The position numbers and the translations under genes are program-made. 64,000 nt of DNA from an uncultured Prevotella sp. (lineage in GTDB: Bacteria; Bacteroidota; Bacteroidia; Bacteroidales; Bacteroidaceae): assembly GCA_946612625.1 (NCBI GenBank), contig CAMOEW010000004.1, positions 3 to 64,002 on the forward strand, written 5' to 3'. Shown in pieces: positions 37,672 through 48,870 of the stretch. A model generated the notes under the pieces. It did not search any database. It was not told the DNA's origin and saw nothing but the letters and a program-made list of their open reading frames with translations. The first letter of the stretch is position 1. The number at the start of each line of letters is the position of its first letter.

Positions 37672-38769
37672 TTAATGCAATTCGTTGTTTTTTAGCCAAC
37701 AAATCAGCGGATAATGGTCGCTTATTTCGATTTTATTGTCAACATATGCATTCATGGGAGTGAAGTGATGAGATACCATCATGTGGTCGATCCGGAAATT
37801 AAATCCCTTCTGATTATATGACAAACCGAGCCCGCGTCCGCTCTCGCAGAAACAGTCGGTGAGACCTCGGGCAATGGTTCGACGGGTGTATGAGATGGGG
37901 GTGTCGTTGAAGTCGCCGCATACAATTATCGGGTAGCGGCTGAAAGAGTCGATGTACTTGTGTACGGAGTCGGCTTGGCTGCTGCGGGTTTTTGCGGCAG
38001 ACATCAGTTTGCCAAGGATGAATGCCGACTCTTCTTTTGCACTGTCGCCATCGAGGTTGCCTTTGATGATTTCCTTGTATTTGGTGCGGTCTTTCAACGA
38101 GAGGTGGTTGCTTTCGAGGTGGTTGTTGATGACAATGACAGTGTCGTCGCGCATCTGCAGCCAGTAGGCAACACTGCCGTTGGCTGCAGATTCATAATAT
38201 ATCCGCTCTTTCTTTAATATAGGGAAGCGCGACAGAATGCCGACATAATTAAGCAGACCCTCTTTTGTGCTCTTGCTCACCAGGGTGGTGTCAATATATG
38301 CATAGAGGCTGTCGAACCGTTTGATTGAGTTCTGGTGTGTGTCTATGGCTTCCTGCAGGCACACTATGTCGGCATTCTGCTCCTTGATATAGTTGAGAAC
38401 GTGTTCAAAACCGTCGCTGAGAAACGGCTGTCCGGAGTATGCCTCGACATTGAAGGTCATCACCTTGACGGCATCGTCGGGAATCGTGCTCTTGTAGTTA
38501 AAGGGTAGATAAGTGGCTATGGGAAGATAGCAACAGATGAGACCGGCGATGGGTATAATAGTGTATTTCCACTTGATGGTGAGCCAGAAGAACAGAAACA
38601 AGAAGTTGACGACAAGGAGCAGCGGAAATCCCATTCCTGCAAGCGACAACAGAGGAAAGTCGGCAGGGCTGATATAGTCAGCATAGCCAGAGAATACGGT
38701 CAGTACTACCGTGGCGGCATTGGCTCCGGCAATCAGTCGGAGGGTGAACGACTTCAGTTGGGCGAACAT
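37672..38769 (-). CDS. Endonuclease/exonuclease/phosphatase family protein
   Basis: TFNV, CLQE, NNHLES, CGDFN, RIDH, SDHYP. Confidence 0.87.
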   Translation of the reverse strand: MFAQLKSFTLRLIAGANAATVVLTVFSGYADYISPADFPLLSLAGMGFPLLLVVNFLFLFFWLTIKWKYTIIPIAGLICCYLPIATYLPFNYKSTIPDDAVKVMTFNVEAYSGQPFLSDGFEHVLNYIKEQNADIVCLQEAIDTHQNSIKRFDSLYAYIDTTLVSKSTKEGLLNYVGILSRFPILKKERIYYESAANGSVAYWLQMRDDTVIVINNHLESNHLSLKDRTKYKEIIKGNLDGDSAKEESAFILGKLMSAAKTRSSQADSVHKYIDSFSRYPIIVCGDFNDTPISYTRRTIARGLTDCFCESGRGLGLSYNQKGFNFRIDHMMVSHHFTPMNAYVDNKIEISDHYPLICWLKNNELH

Positions 38770-38782
38770 TACCGTAGCGATG

Positions 38783-39694
38783 TCAGTTGCGGTTTTCGAA
38801 AAGGGTACGCTTCTCCTCTTTTGTAAGACTGTCGTATCCGCTCTTGCGTATCTTGTCGAGGATGCGGTCTATCTCCTCCTGATTGGCTTTCTTGCGCTCG
38901 TTGTACTCCCAGTCTGTCTCATGGCGTGTGGGGTCTTCGTCGCGACGGCTGCCGCCTCGACGACGCTCGAAATTATGTTTCAGGTTGTCGAAGAACTGAC
39001 GTCCGCCGCTGATGTTGAAGTCGTTGACGGAGTGGCGGTTCCAGTATCTGATTATGAGGAAACCAAAAAGCATGCCTCCGAGGTGGGCGGTGTGGGCAAC
39101 ACCGTCGCCAGGGCTGCCAAGGGCGGAGAAGAGTTCTACGGCAGCATAGAACATCACGAACCATTTAGCCTTTATTGGTATCGGAAGTGGGAAGATGAAT
39201 ATGCGCTCGTTGGGGAATATCATGCCAAAGGCAAGAAGGATGGCATATACTGCGCCGGAGGCTCCGATGGTTGTCCATCCGTTGAGCTGCGACGACACTT
39301 GCCTGCCTATTTCAAAGACTTCGATAAAAGGGAGCTCAGGATACTGGGCTGAGACATTGAGGTAGAATTGTACAAACTGTGCTATCTGCTGAATTATACC
39401 GGCTCCGATGCCGCATGAAATGTAATAAAAAAGAAATTTCTTCGGTCCCCATACATTTTCAATTACACATCCGAACATCCAGAGGGCAAACATATTGAAT
39501 AATATATGTGTAAAGCCTCCGTGGAGGAACATGTAGGTCACGAACTGGTAAAGATGATAGTTCTCGGCCATGAAGAAGTGAAGACCGCCGATGGCTGCAA
39601 TGTCTATTCCACGCATCTCAAGCACTGCACTCGCCATAAAGACGATTACATTGATGATGAGCAGATTTTTTGTTATAGTCGGTATTCTATTCAT
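38783..39694 (-). CDS. Rhomboid intramembrane serine protease
   Basis: HGGFTHILFNM, GASG, AHTAHLGG; C-terminal 'IDRILDKIRKSGYDSLT'. Confidence 0.92.
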   Translation of the reverse strand: MNRIPTITKNLLIINVIVFMASAVLEMRGIDIAAIGGLHFFMAENYHLYQFVTYMFLHGGFTHILFNMFALWMFGCVIENVWGPKKFLFYYISCGIGAGIIQQIAQFVQFYLNVSAQYPELPFIEVFEIGRQVSSQLNGWTTIGASGAVYAILLAFGMIFPNERIFIFPLPIPIKAKWFVMFYAAVELFSALGSPGDGVAHTAHLGGMLFGFLIIRYWNRHSVNDFNISGGRQFFDNLKHNFERRRGGSRRDEDPTRHETDWEYNERKKANQEEIDRILDKIRKSGYDSLTKEEKRTLFENRN

Positions 39695-39926
39695 ATAAAT
39701 GACTGTACTCTTTCGTGTTTGGACACTTTATCCTTATTTCGCGTGCAAAATTACGAAAAATATCTTTCTTTCGACACAAAATGAGGCTTGAATGAAGTTT
39801 TTTTCATAAAAAAAGTCATTTTTTTCGGTTTTTTGTTTGTTTTGTGAATTCTTTCACCTATATTTGCGGCATAAAATCAAAAAATGAGATAAAAGTAATT
39901 ATTATTAACTCAAAAAATGTAAAATT

Positions 39927-40199
39927 ATGAACAAGTCAGAATTAATTGAAAAGATTGCAGCAGGTGCCGGTTTGAGCAAGGCTGATGCAAAGAAAGCTCT
40001 CGATGCAACAACAGCAGCTATCAAGGATGCTCTCGTGGCAGGTGACAAAATAGCTCTTGTAGGTTTCGGTACATTCAGTGTTAATGAGCGTCCTGCACGT
40101 GAGGGAATCAATCCTTCGACAAAGCAGAAGATTACAATTGCTGCAAAGAAGGTTGCAAAGTTCAAGGCCGGTGCTGAGTTAGCTGACGCAATAAACTAA
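39927..40199 (+). CDS. hup: HU DNA-binding protein
   Basis: MNKSELI, GFGTF, REGINP; -7 box TATATTTG at 39859-39866. Confidence 0.96.
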   Translation: MNKSELIEKIAAGAGLSKADAKKALDATTAAIKDALVAGDKIALVGFGTFSVNERPAREGINPSTKQKITIAAKKVAKFKAGAELADAIN

Positions 40200-40217
40200 T
40201 TATATTGTAAAATTAAA

Positions 40218-40260
40218 ATCAAAAAAGAGAGGTGTTGTCAAACGCCTCTCTTTTTTTGAT
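40218..40260. terminator. Bidirectional intrinsic terminator
   Basis: aaaaaagagaggtgtt-gtca-aacgcctctcttttttt between convergent genes. Confidence 0.85.
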
Positions 40261-40270
40261 TGTGTTATGA

Positions 40271-41074
40271 TTATTTAGGCTGCTTGCCGATGTATGCGAG
40301 AATGCCGCCGTCAACATATAGTATATGACCGTTAACGGCATCAGAAGCATGAGATGCAAGGAATACAGCCGGGCCTCCAAGCTCGGATGGATCGAGCCAG
40401 CGTCCGGCAGGGGTCTTTGCACAGATGAACGAGTCGAACGGATGGCGGCTGCCGTCGGGCTGACGCTCGCGCAGAGGTGCTGTCTGAGGTGTAGCGATAT
40501 AGCCCGGACCGATACCGTTGCACTGGATGTTATACTCGCCATACTCTGAGCAGATGTTGCGTGTGAGCATCTTCAGACCACCCTTGGCGGCAGCATAGGC
40601 GGAAACGGTCTCGCGTCCGAGTTCCGACATCATTGAACAGATGTTTATAATCTTGCCTTCTTTGCGTTCCATCATCTCGGGGATGACAGCTGCACTGACG
40701 ATATAGGGTGCTACGAGGTCAACGTCGATTACCTGCTGGAACTCTGCACGCTTCATCTCGTGCATGGGGATGCGCTTGATGATGCCGGCGTTGTTTACGA
40801 GGATGTCTATCTGTCCAACTTCAGCGTGAATCTTCTCAACAAGGGCTTTCACGGCATTCTCGTCGGTAACGTCGCACACATAGCCGTGAACGTTCTCGAT
40901 ACCGGCCTCCTTGTAGTTGGTAAGACCGCGCTCAAGGGCTGCCTCGTTGATGTCGTTGAAGATGATGTTCTTAATACCTGCTGCAACAAATGCCTTAGCA
41001 ATGTTGAAACCAATACCATAGGATGCGCCTGTGATCCAGGCGTTCTTTCCTTCCAGTGAAAATGGATTTGCCAT
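40271..41074 (-). CDS. SDR dehydrogenase, gluconate 5-dehydrogenase/KduD-like
   Basis: TGASYGIG, NNAG, YAAAK; adjacent to kduI. Confidence 0.85.
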   Translation of the reverse strand: MANPFSLEGKNAWITGASYGIGFNIAKAFVAAGIKNIIFNDINEAALERGLTNYKEAGIENVHGYVCDVTDENAVKALVEKIHAEVGQIDILVNNAGIIKRIPMHEMKRAEFQQVIDVDLVAPYIVSAAVIPEMMERKEGKIINICSMMSELGRETVSAYAAAKGGLKMLTRNICSEYGEYNIQCNGIGPGYIATPQTAPLRERQPDGSRHPFDSFICAKTPAGRWLDPSELGGPAVFLASHASDAVNGHILYVDGGILAYIGKQPK

Positions 41075-41118
41075 AGTCGTTAATTTTTAAATTTTAGTTC
41101 TAATATCCCTTATAGTTC

Positions 41119-41961
41119 TTACATAAGTTCTGTTATCTTCGAGAAATCCTGGTCGCCATAGTCGAGGTTCTCGCCTCCCATTCCCCAGATGAATGTGTAA
41201 TTATGTGTAGCAGCGGCTGAGTGGATGCTCCATTCAGGCGACAAGACCGCCTGTTCGCCTTGCATCCATATATGGCGAGTTTCCTGTGGCTCGCCCATGA
41301 AATGGCAGACGGCCTGATCGGTTGGCAGCTCGAAGTAGAAGTATGCTTCCATTCGCCGGCTGTGGACATGCGCTGGCATAGTGTTCCATACAGAGCCTGG
41401 GGCAAGCTCGGTCATTCCCATCTGAAGCTGGCATGTGGGAAGTACCTGATTGACAATCATCTTGTTGATGTTACGTTCGTTAGACATCTCCAGACTTCCC
41501 ATGTGAGCTACGACTGCTTCGGCCTTGGTTATTTTGCGACTCGGAAATGCACAGTGAGCCGTGGTGGAGTTAAAATAGAACTTTGCAGGATGAGCCTTGT
41601 CGTCGGAACAGAACACGACATTGCGGTCGCCACGGCCAACATAGAGAGCCTCCTTGAAATCAAGTTTGAAGATTTCGTTGCCAACTTTCACACTGCCGCT
41701 GCCACCTACATTGTAGATGCCCAGTTCACGGCGTGTGGTGAAAAACTCTGCCTTCAACGGGTCTATAGCCTCTAAGGTAATTTCTTCATTTACGGGCATT
41801 GCGCCTCCCACTACCATGCGGTCGTACATGGAATATACCATATTCACCTCGTCGTCAGCAAACAAGCGTTCGATAAGGAAGTCGCGGCGCAGGCGTCGGG
41901 TGTCGTAGTGTCTGGCATCCTCAGGATGTGATGCATAGCGTATTTCGTAATTAGTCTTCAT
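41119..41961 (-). CDS. kduI: 5-dehydro-4-deoxy-D-glucuronate isomerase
   Basis: WNTMPAHVHSRRME, ETRHIW, SPEWSIH, GENLDYGD. Confidence 0.95.
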   Translation of the reverse strand: MKTNYEIRYASHPEDARHYDTRRLRRDFLIERLFADDEVNMVYSMYDRMVVGGAMPVNEEITLEAIDPLKAEFFTTRRELGIYNVGGSGSVKVGNEIFKLDFKEALYVGRGDRNVVFCSDDKAHPAKFYFNSTTAHCAFPSRKITKAEAVVAHMGSLEMSNERNINKMIVNQVLPTCQLQMGMTELAPGSVWNTMPAHVHSRRMEAYFYFELPTDQAVCHFMGEPQETRHIWMQGEQAVLSPEWSIHSAAATHNYTFIWGMGGENLDYGDQDFSKITELM

Positions 41962-42080
41962 TTGTTTGTCTTTTCAGTCAGACTGCAAAGTTACTAAATA
42001 TAATACGTAACGTGAAAAAAGAATGCTTAAAAAATAATAAAAAACAAGGATTCGCTTATATTGCAAATCCCTGTTCTCTG

Positions 42081-42151
42081 TTGTCCAAGGCGGATTCGAA
42101 CCACCACAAACAGAACCAAAACCTGTTGTGCTACCATTACACCATTGGACA
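42081..42151 (-). tRNA. tRNA-Gln (TTG)
   Basis: TGTCCAA-TGGTGTAATGGTAGCAC-ACAGG TT TTG GT TCTGT-...GGTGGTTCGAATCCGCC-TTGGACA-A cloverleaf. Confidence 0.93.
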
Positions 42152-42214
42152 ATCCTGTTCTTTTGCGGGTGCAAAATTAATCAAAAATTCTGTTTCCGCC
42201 AAATTTTGTGCCAA

Positions 42215-43513
42215 CTATTTCACGATAAGAAGATAATAGTTCTTCTTGCCTTTCTGTGCCAGCAGATATTTTCCGTCGATAAGGTCGTCGGCGGTGACGG
42301 GACGGTCGAACTGCGACAGCTTCTCTTTGTTCAGTGAGAACCCTCCTCCTTGCACCATCTTGCGCATCTCGCCTTTCGATGGGAATACCGGTGCCGACTG
42401 CGTCATAATCTCTACAGCTGGCTGTCCGAGGATGTCGCGGCTAACCTCGTAGTGAGGAACACCGTCGAATACATCGAGGAATGTCTGCTCGTCGAGTTTC
42501 TCAAGAGCATCTTTCGTCGCTTTGCCGAAAAGAATGCTGGATGCCTCGATTGCAGTATCGAGATCCTCGCGAGAGTGAACCAGTACGGTCACTTCTTCTG
42601 CCAAGCGTTTCTGGAGTACTCTGCGGCCGGGATCCTGCTTGTGTTCGTCGATAAGACCGTCGATGGTCTCCTTGTCGAGACTGGTGAAAATCTTTATATA
42701 GCGCTCGGCATCATCGTCGCTCACATTAAGCCAGAACTGGTAGAACTTATACGGAGTGGTGCGGTTGCGGTCGAGCCAGATATTGCCGCTCTCGGTCTTT
42801 CCGAATTTCTTTCCGTCGCTCTTGGTGATAAGAGGGCAGGTTAGGGCATATGACTCGGCGTCGTTGCCTAACGTGCGGCGGATGAGCTCAGTGCCGGTGG
42901 TCATGTTGCCCCATTGGTCGTTACCGCCAAGCTGCAGCTTGACGCCCTTATGCTGGTAGAGGTACAGGAAGTCGTATCCCTGAAGCAACTGGTAGGTGAA
43001 CTCTGTGAACGACAGGCCGTCGCGAGCCGTTCCGTTAAGACGTTGCTGTACGCTCTCCTTTGCCATCATGTAGTTGACAGTGATATGCTTACCCACTTCA
43101 CGGGCAAAGTCAAGGAAGGTAAAGTCCTTCATCCAGTCGTAGTTGTTCACCATCTCTGCGGCATTCTCTTCCTTACTCTCGAAGTCAAGGAACTTTGCCA
43201 CTTGCTTCTTTATGCACTCCTGATTGTGACGCAATGTCTCGTCGTTAAGGAGATTACGTTCCTGGCTCTTCCCTGAAGGGTCGCCAATCATTCCCGTTGC
43301 CCCTCCTACGAGGATGATGGGTTTGTGACCACACTTCTGAAGATGACGAAGCATCATGATACCGCAGAGGTGACCGATGTGTAGAGAATCGGCAGTAGGG
43401 TCGGTACCCAGGTATGCCGTGATCATCTCCTTCTGAAGCGCCTCCTCAGTGCCAGGCATTATCTGTGCCAGCATTCCGCGCCATTTCAGCTCTTCAACAA
43501 AATTCTTTCTCAT
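42215..43513 (-). CDS. tyrS: Tyrosine--tRNA ligase
   Basis: [24 protein letters not shown]. Confidence 0.97.
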   Translation of the reverse strand: MRKNFVEELKWRGMLAQIMPGTEEALQKEMITAYLGTDPTADSLHIGHLCGIMMLRHLQKCGHKPIILVGGATGMIGDPSGKSQERNLLNDETLRHNQECIKKQVAKFLDFESKEENAAEMVNNYDWMKDFTFLDFAREVGKHITVNYMMAKESVQQRLNGTARDGLSFTEFTYQLLQGYDFLYLYQHKGVKLQLGGNDQWGNMTTGTELIRRTLGNDAESYALTCPLITKSDGKKFGKTESGNIWLDRNRTTPYKFYQFWLNVSDDDAERYIKIFTSLDKETIDGLIDEHKQDPGRRVLQKRLAEEVTVLVHSREDLDTAIEASSILFGKATKDALEKLDEQTFLDVFDGVPHYEVSRDILGQPAVEIMTQSAPVFPSKGEMRKMVQGGGFSLNKEKLSQFDRPVTADDLIDGKYLLAQKGKKNYYLLIVK

Positions 43514-43546
43514 TTATATTACTCTTAATTCTTAATTCTTAACTCT

Positions 43547-43798
43547 TCACGGCACCGGGTCGTATCCCGAGCCTCCCCAGGGGTTGCATCTCAGTATTCT
43601 CCATATTGCAAGAGCCAGTCCCCTTATCGGACCGTGCTTGATGAGTGCCTGACGGGCATATTCCGAACAAGTGGGCGTGAACCGGCATGAAGGAGGGGTA
43701 TAGGGTGTGATGCATGTCTGATAGAATCTTATCGGCAGTAACATTATCCACACGACGACTTTTGAAACCAGTGCTGCTGCTGTCTTCAGAATATTCAT
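43547..43798 (-). CDS. yidD: Membrane protein insertion efficiency factor
   Basis: [27 protein letters not shown]. Confidence 0.94.
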   Translation of the reverse strand: MNILKTAAALVSKVVVWIMLLPIRFYQTCITPYTPPSCRFTPTCSEYARQALIKHGPIRGLALAIWRILRCNPWGGSGYDPVP

Positions 43799-44193
43799 AG
43801 CTTTTCTGCAAGCCTCTGCAACAGTTTCGTTGTTTTCTCGCTCACTTCCTCTGTCGATACGAGTTCGTTGCCCGTCCAGATTATTGCCATTGCAATTTTC
43901 TCTGTGGCAGGCCTGCCTGCCATTCGACTCATGACCATCGCCTTGTTCATGCGATATGCCTCTCTTATCTGTCTTTTCACCCTGTTGCGCTTTACTGCTC
44001 TTTTGAAGTGCCTTTTAGGCACGCTTATCAGTAGCTGTGCCGCCTCTTCGCCATCGCTGCGCTCTCCCAGCATATACACAAGTCGCAGAGGGAATACAGC
44101 CATTGAACGGCTTTTCTCGCCTCCAAAGAGCTCCTCAATCAGTTTCTTGCTGACGATACGCTCCCCTTTCTTGAAAGTGTGGTTCGCGTACAT
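43795..44193 (-). CDS. rnpA: Ribonuclease P protein component
   Basis: [33 protein letters not shown]. Confidence 0.94.
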   Translation of the reverse strand: MYANHTFKKGERIVSKKLIEELFGGEKSRSMAVFPLRLVYMLGERSDGEEAAQLLISVPKRHFKRAVKRNRVKRQIREAYRMNKAMVMSRMAGRPATEKIAMAIIWTGNELVSTEEVSEKTTKLLQRLAEKL

Positions 44194-44211
44194 TAATATA
44201 TATGGTGGCCG

Positions 44212-44961
44212 TTAGTCGCTGTTTACGATTAGGTAGTGCTGTAGTGCGCCTGTCATCGACGGGTATTTGTCGTTCGGAGCTTCAAGGTCCAGTCTTAGTC
44301 CGGCATCTTTTACGGCTTTCGCTGTTGCAGGACCAAAGGTCGCAATGGCAATATCACCCTGCTTGAAGTCGGGGAAGTTCTTCTGTAGTGCCTCTATACC
44401 CGAAGGGCTGAAGAATATTAGCATGTTATAGTCGAATGCTTTTTTCTCCTCGTCGGTGAAGTCGTTGCTTACCGTGCGATACATTATGCACTCCTTGTGC
44501 TGAAGTTTCTTCGCGTCAAGAATTTCTGCCAGATTGTCTTTGTGGACGTCGCTCATGGGAATGAGATACTTCTCTGTCTTGTGCTTTACCATCTGCGGGA
44601 TAAGGTCAGCGACTTTTCCTGTCGTTCCGAAGAACACCTTACGCTTTCGGTAGAGAACGTATTTCTGGATATAGAGTGCGATGGCCTCAGTGACGCAGAA
44701 ATACTTCATGTCTTCCGGAATGTTTACTCTCATTTCACTCGCCAGCGTGAAGAAGTTGTCGATGGCGTGCCTTGATGTGAATACAATAGCCGTGTAGTCA
44801 AGGATATTAACCCGCTGCTGGCGGAATTCGCGTGCGGTTAGGCCTTCAACCTTGATAAAAGGCCGGAACACAAACTTCACGTCAAATTTCTCTGCAAGAG
44901 CGAAATACGGTGACTTCTCGCTTGTTGGCTTTGGTTGTGAAACCAGAATCTTCTTTGTCAT
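44212..44961 (-). CDS. hemD: Uroporphyrinogen-III synthase
   Basis: ILVSQPKP, FTSRHA, FFSPSG; Bacteroidetes HemD-like, located before rnpA. Confidence 0.82.
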   Translation of the reverse strand: MTKKILVSQPKPTSEKSPYFALAEKFDVKFVFRPFIKVEGLTAREFRQQRVNILDYTAIVFTSRHAIDNFFTLASEMRVNIPEDMKYFCVTEAIALYIQKYVLYRKRKVFFGTTGKVADLIPQMVKHKTEKYLIPMSDVHKDNLAEILDAKKLQHKECIMYRTVSNDFTDEEKKAFDYNMLIFFSPSGIEALQKNFPDFKQGDIAIATFGPATAKAVKDAGLRLDLEAPNDKYPSMTGALQHYLIVNSD

Positions 44962-44968
44962 AGATGTC

Positions 44969-46012
44969 TTAAAAATTAATCCTCAAATTTTGGCCGACAA
45001 TGTCTATTATCCCGATGACCGCAGCCAAGGGTGTGATTTCGAGGGTGCAAAGGTACAAAAAAAACTGTAAACAGGCACTAATTTGTCCGAAAAAGATTTG
45101 AAAAGCCTTGTAAAATGAGAGAATTTTAACGAAAATAAATACAAAAGCGCAATAATATGCAATGTCTTTCAACTCCAAAGAGAAATATATTTCTATCAAG
45201 AGCGCAGGAAAAAGCAATATGCATTCCACCGATGTGATGAACATCAGCGTCTTGTTCCATTGTAAACACGATTTATCGTCGAAGAAGGTTTTGTTGACAA
45301 TGTTATAGGCAAGCAATTTTGTCGCAAAATATCCTACAATGATAGCCCAGAAGATGCCTATCATCTGGTATTCGGATTGTATGGCGAATGTTTGGCCAAC
45401 ATATTCCTTTGTATATATGTATGCGATGAGTCCGAGTTGTAGCGATGTGAGAAGTGTAAGGAACAGCTGAGCCCTTATCTCTGTTGACGTCTCGTTGATG
45501 ACCGTTATGCCTTCGGAGTGTTGCGGATGGAAGAAATGTTTTGTCTGCCGACGCATGAACTGTTTTGACTGTGCCACAAACACAATTACCAGTAATATGC
45601 ATCCTATAATGAAGCTTGATATGAGGTCGTCGTTGCGTATGGTATAAGGCACGGGGTCGCCTGCCAGACCATAACGTCCGCCACTGAGTTCCGGATGGAG
45701 CAGCGAGTCGTTTGAGAAGAACGACTCGCGGTAGTATTGCGGCAGGTTGACTTCTTTCAAGCTCTTGCCAACTCCGTGTCCAGGTATGTGTAGCGTGTCG
45801 GGACGTAAGCTGTAGTGAATCTCGTTGGGCTGGAATGCCGCCTGTATGGCAGAGTCCTGCTGTGCCGGAGTCGCGTCGTTGGGGAGTGACCGCAGTACCT
45901 TGTAAGGAGTCAGTGTCCCACTAACCGTAGCCTTGTCCGTCGCAAGAGGTGCTGAAGCTTCATCGTCGGTCGCTACGGCTGTTGCTGTTATAGTGTCCTG
46001 CGGCAACATCAT
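44969..46012 (-). CDS. DUF4271-type membrane protein
   Basis: Multi-TM C-terminus with FLYLCTLEI motif; located upstream of hemD. Confidence 0.72.
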   Translation of the reverse strand: MMLPQDTITATAVATDDEASAPLATDKATVSGTLTPYKVLRSLPNDATPAQQDSAIQAAFQPNEIHYSLRPDTLHIPGHGVGKSLKEVNLPQYYRESFFSNDSLLHPELSGGRYGLAGDPVPYTIRNDDLISSFIIGCILLVIVFVAQSKQFMRRQTKHFFHPQHSEGITVINETSTEIRAQLFLTLLTSLQLGLIAYIYTKEYVGQTFAIQSEYQMIGIFWAIIVGYFATKLLAYNIVNKTFFDDKSCLQWNKTLMFITSVECILLFPALLIEIYFSLELKDIAYYCAFVFIFVKILSFYKAFQIFFGQISACLQFFLYLCTLEITPLAAVIGIIDIVGQNLRINF

Positions 46013-46030
46013 GACTGTGGATGATACTGT

Positions 46031-47287
46031 TTAAATACCAAATTCGCGCTTGATGTCGTCCACTCTGTCGAGCTTCTCCCATGTGAAGAGTTCCACGTCT
46101 ATAGTCTTTGCTTCGTGATAGTGGCTCGTGAAGGTTTTTCTGACGGTCTTGGACTCGCGTCCCATGTGGCCGTAGGCGGCGGTCTCGCTGTACATGGGCT
46201 GGCGCAGCTTAAGGGTGCGCTCGATTGCCTTTGGGCGTAAGTCGAAAAGATTCTCTACCTTTGCTGCAATCTCAGCATCGGTGATGCCTACGTTGCTCCT
46301 GCCGTATGTATTCACGTAGATGTTCATCGGCTTTGCCACTCCAATGGCGTATGCCACTTGTACCAGAATCTCGTCGGCAACGCCTGCCGCCACAAGATTC
46401 TTGGCAATATGGCGTGCGGCGTAGGCTGCCGAACGGTCAACCTTAGACGAGTCCTTGCCGCTGAAGGCTCCGCCTCCGTGGGCGCCCTTTCCACCGTAAG
46501 TGTCAACGATTATCTTGCGGCCTGTCAGTCCGGTGTCGCCATGGGGACCGCCTATTACGAATTTGCCGGTAGGGTTGACGAAGTATTTTATGTCGTCTCC
46601 GAAGAGCGACAGCACCTTCTTGCTGTGTATGCGCTCCTTAACTCTCGGCATGAGTATGTTGATTACATCGTGACGGATTTTCTCAAGCATTTTCTCGTCG
46701 GTATCGAACTCGTCGTGCTGAGTTGAGACAACTATGGTGTCGATGCGCTCCGGTATTCCGGCATCGCTGTATTGTACGGTTACCTGGCTCTTTGAGTCGG
46801 GACGCAGATATGTCATGACCGCTCCTTCCTTTCTTATTTCAGCCAGAGTGCTCATGATGAGATGGGCCAAAAAGAGACTTACGGGCATGTAACTTTCTGT
46901 CTCATTGGTGGCATAGCCGAACATCATGCCCTGATCGCCGGCTCCCTGATCTTCGTCATCTTCACGATCCACGCCACGGTTGATGTCGTCACTCTGTTCG
47001 TGGATGGCACTGAGAATTCCGCACGAATCGCCGTCGAATTGGTATTCGGCTTTAGTATATCCTATTTTCTTTATGGTATTTCGTGCGATGGTCTGCAAGT
47101 CGATATAAACATCGCTGCGTACCTCTCCCATAATAACTACCTGACCAGTGGTGACGAATGTCTCACATGCTACGCGTGCCTTATCGTCGTAAGCAAGGAA
47201 CTGGTCTAATATAGCATCGGAAATCTGATCTGCTACTTTGTCAGGATGTCCCTCAGAAACTGATTCTGATGAAAAAAAATATGACAT
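46031..47287 (-). CDS. metK: S-adenosylmethionine synthetase
   Basis: [26 protein letters not shown]. Confidence 0.97.
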   Translation of the reverse strand: MSYFFSSESVSEGHPDKVADQISDAILDQFLAYDDKARVACETFVTTGQVVIMGEVRSDVYIDLQTIARNTIKKIGYTKAEYQFDGDSCGILSAIHEQSDDINRGVDREDDEDQGAGDQGMMFGYATNETESYMPVSLFLAHLIMSTLAEIRKEGAVMTYLRPDSKSQVTVQYSDAGIPERIDTIVVSTQHDEFDTDEKMLEKIRHDVINILMPRVKERIHSKKVLSLFGDDIKYFVNPTGKFVIGGPHGDTGLTGRKIIVDTYGGKGAHGGGAFSGKDSSKVDRSAAYAARHIAKNLVAAGVADEILVQVAYAIGVAKPMNIYVNTYGRSNVGITDAEIAAKVENLFDLRPKAIERTLKLRQPMYSETAAYGHMGRESKTVRKTFTSHYHEAKTIDVELFTWEKLDRVDDIKREFGI

Positions 47288-47314
47288 ATTGTGTTCTTTT
47301 ATTTAATTTGGCTG

Positions 47315-47374
47315 CAAAGTTACAATTTTTTTTGTTATTTTCTGCCTTTAGCTTAAATTTTTTGAGTACCTTTG
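47315..47374. promoter_or_regulatory. Divergent -7 boxes (TAACTTTG minus at 47315-47322; TACCTTTG plus at 47367-47374)
   Basis: TAnnTTTG consensus upstream of metK and the MBOAT gene. Confidence 0.55.
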
Positions 47375-47427
47375 CATGTTAAAAGAAAAAAGACGAATCT
47401 TGTCAACAACATACAATCAAGATACAG

Positions 47428-48864
47428 ATGCTGTTTAATTCATTAGAGTTCCTTTTATTCCTGCCGATAGTGTTTCTGCTCTATTGGTTCGTCTTCTGTC
47501 GGCGCCGTACGCAAAATCTGTTTGTGGTTGCTGCCAGCTATGTGTTCTACGGATGGTGGGACTGGCGTTTCTTGATTCTCATTGCCTTCACGTCACTTTG
47601 CAGCTACCTGAGCGGCATACTGTTGGAGAAGTGGGAGGGCAATCGCCGTCGGCAGCAGGCTGTCAGTGCTTCAAACATCGTGTTGAATCTGTTCATCCTT
47701 GCCGTATTCAAATACTACAACTTCTTCATGGAGAATATGGCGGCATTGTTCTCGTCGGTAGGATACGAGCTCGACTGGGCTACGCTCAACATCATCCTGC
47801 CCGTGGGCATCAGTTTCTACACGTTCCAGGCGCTGAGCTATACCATCGACGTGTATCGCCACAACATACGTGCCACCCACGACCCCGTGGAATTCTTCGC
47901 CTACATCAGTTTCTTCCCGCAGCTCGTGGCAGGTCCTATCGAGCGTGCCACAAATCTTCTGCCTCAGTTCCAGCGCGAACGGCGGTTCGACTATGCCAAG
48001 GCCGTGGATGGCTGCCGGCAGATGCTGTGGGGATTTCTAAAGAAGCTTGTCGTTGCCGACGGCTGTGCCGCTGCTGCGAATATTATATGGAGCAACTATG
48101 AGGTTCAGCCAGGAATAGTGCTTTTCATCGGAGCCCTACTCTTCACATTCCAAATCTATGGTGATTTCTCCGGCTACAGCGATATTGCCATCGGCTGTTC
48201 CCGGCTGTTCGGCTTCGACCTGAAGCGCAATTTTAATTATCCCTATTTCTCGCGTAACATTAACGACTTCTGGCGTCGCTGGCATATCTCGCTGATGACG
48301 TGGTTCCGCGACTATATTTACTTCCCCCTTGGCGGCAGCCGCTGCTCAATGGCTAAGTCTATTCGCAACACTATTATTGTGTTTGGAGTCAGTGGTCTGT
48401 GGCATGGGGCCAACTGGACGTTTGTGGCATGGGGCTTGTATCATGCTTTCCTTCTTGCGATGTTCATGCTCCTTGGATGGAACGTGAAATACACTGACGA
48501 CGTGGCGGCAGGCAGAGCGTTGCCCTCGCTGAAGGAGACGGGGCAGATGTTGTCAACGTTCGTGCTGGCAGTGTTCGGATGGATTCTGTTCCGTGCCGAG
48601 ACCATCGGGCAGGCTTATGAGTATATAGTGAGGATGCTTACCCCGTCGGCGTTCACCTTCAGTAATGTAAGCGGTGCAGGAGTATTGATTAACTGCCTCG
48701 TGGTAATCATTATCGAGTGGATTCAGCGTAGCCGGCAACATGCTTTCGACTTTTCGCATGTGCGTTCGGTTTTTCTTCGCTATGCTGTCTATGTGGCTAC
48801 TGTCGTCGCAATCTATTTCCTTATGCCTCAGCAGAAGAGCGAGTTCATATACTTTCAGTTCTAA
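47428..48864 (+). CDS. MBOAT family O-acyltransferase (AlgI/DltB-like)
   Basis: MLFNS, LPVGISFYTFQ, FFPQLVAGPI, DFSGYSD, FWRRWHISL, SGLWHG, FIYFQF. Confidence 0.92.
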   Translation: MLFNSLEFLLFLPIVFLLYWFVFCRRRTQNLFVVAASYVFYGWWDWRFLILIAFTSLCSYLSGILLEKWEGNRRRQQAVSASNIVLNLFILAVFKYYNFFMENMAALFSSVGYELDWATLNIILPVGISFYTFQALSYTIDVYRHNIRATHDPVEFFAYISFFPQLVAGPIERATNLLPQFQRERRFDYAKAVDGCRQMLWGFLKKLVVADGCAAAANIIWSNYEVQPGIVLFIGALLFTFQIYGDFSGYSDIAIGCSRLFGFDLKRNFNYPYFSRNINDFWRRWHISLMTWFRDYIYFPLGGSRCSMAKSIRNTIIVFGVSGLWHGANWTFVAWGLYHAFLLAMFMLLGWNVKYTDDVAAGRALPSLKETGQMLSTFVLAVFGWILFRAETIGQAYEYIVRMLTPSAFTFSNVSGAGVLINCLVVIIIEWIQRSRQHAFDFSHVRSVFLRYAVYVATVVAIYFLMPQQKSEFIYFQF

Positions 48865-48870
48865 CCGCGC

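Noticed and set aside
42067..42165. Integration-site direct repeat around tRNA-Gln (atccctgttct / atcctgttct)
   Set aside because: Short and imperfect, not a duplication of the tRNA 3' end, and no integrase is adjacent.
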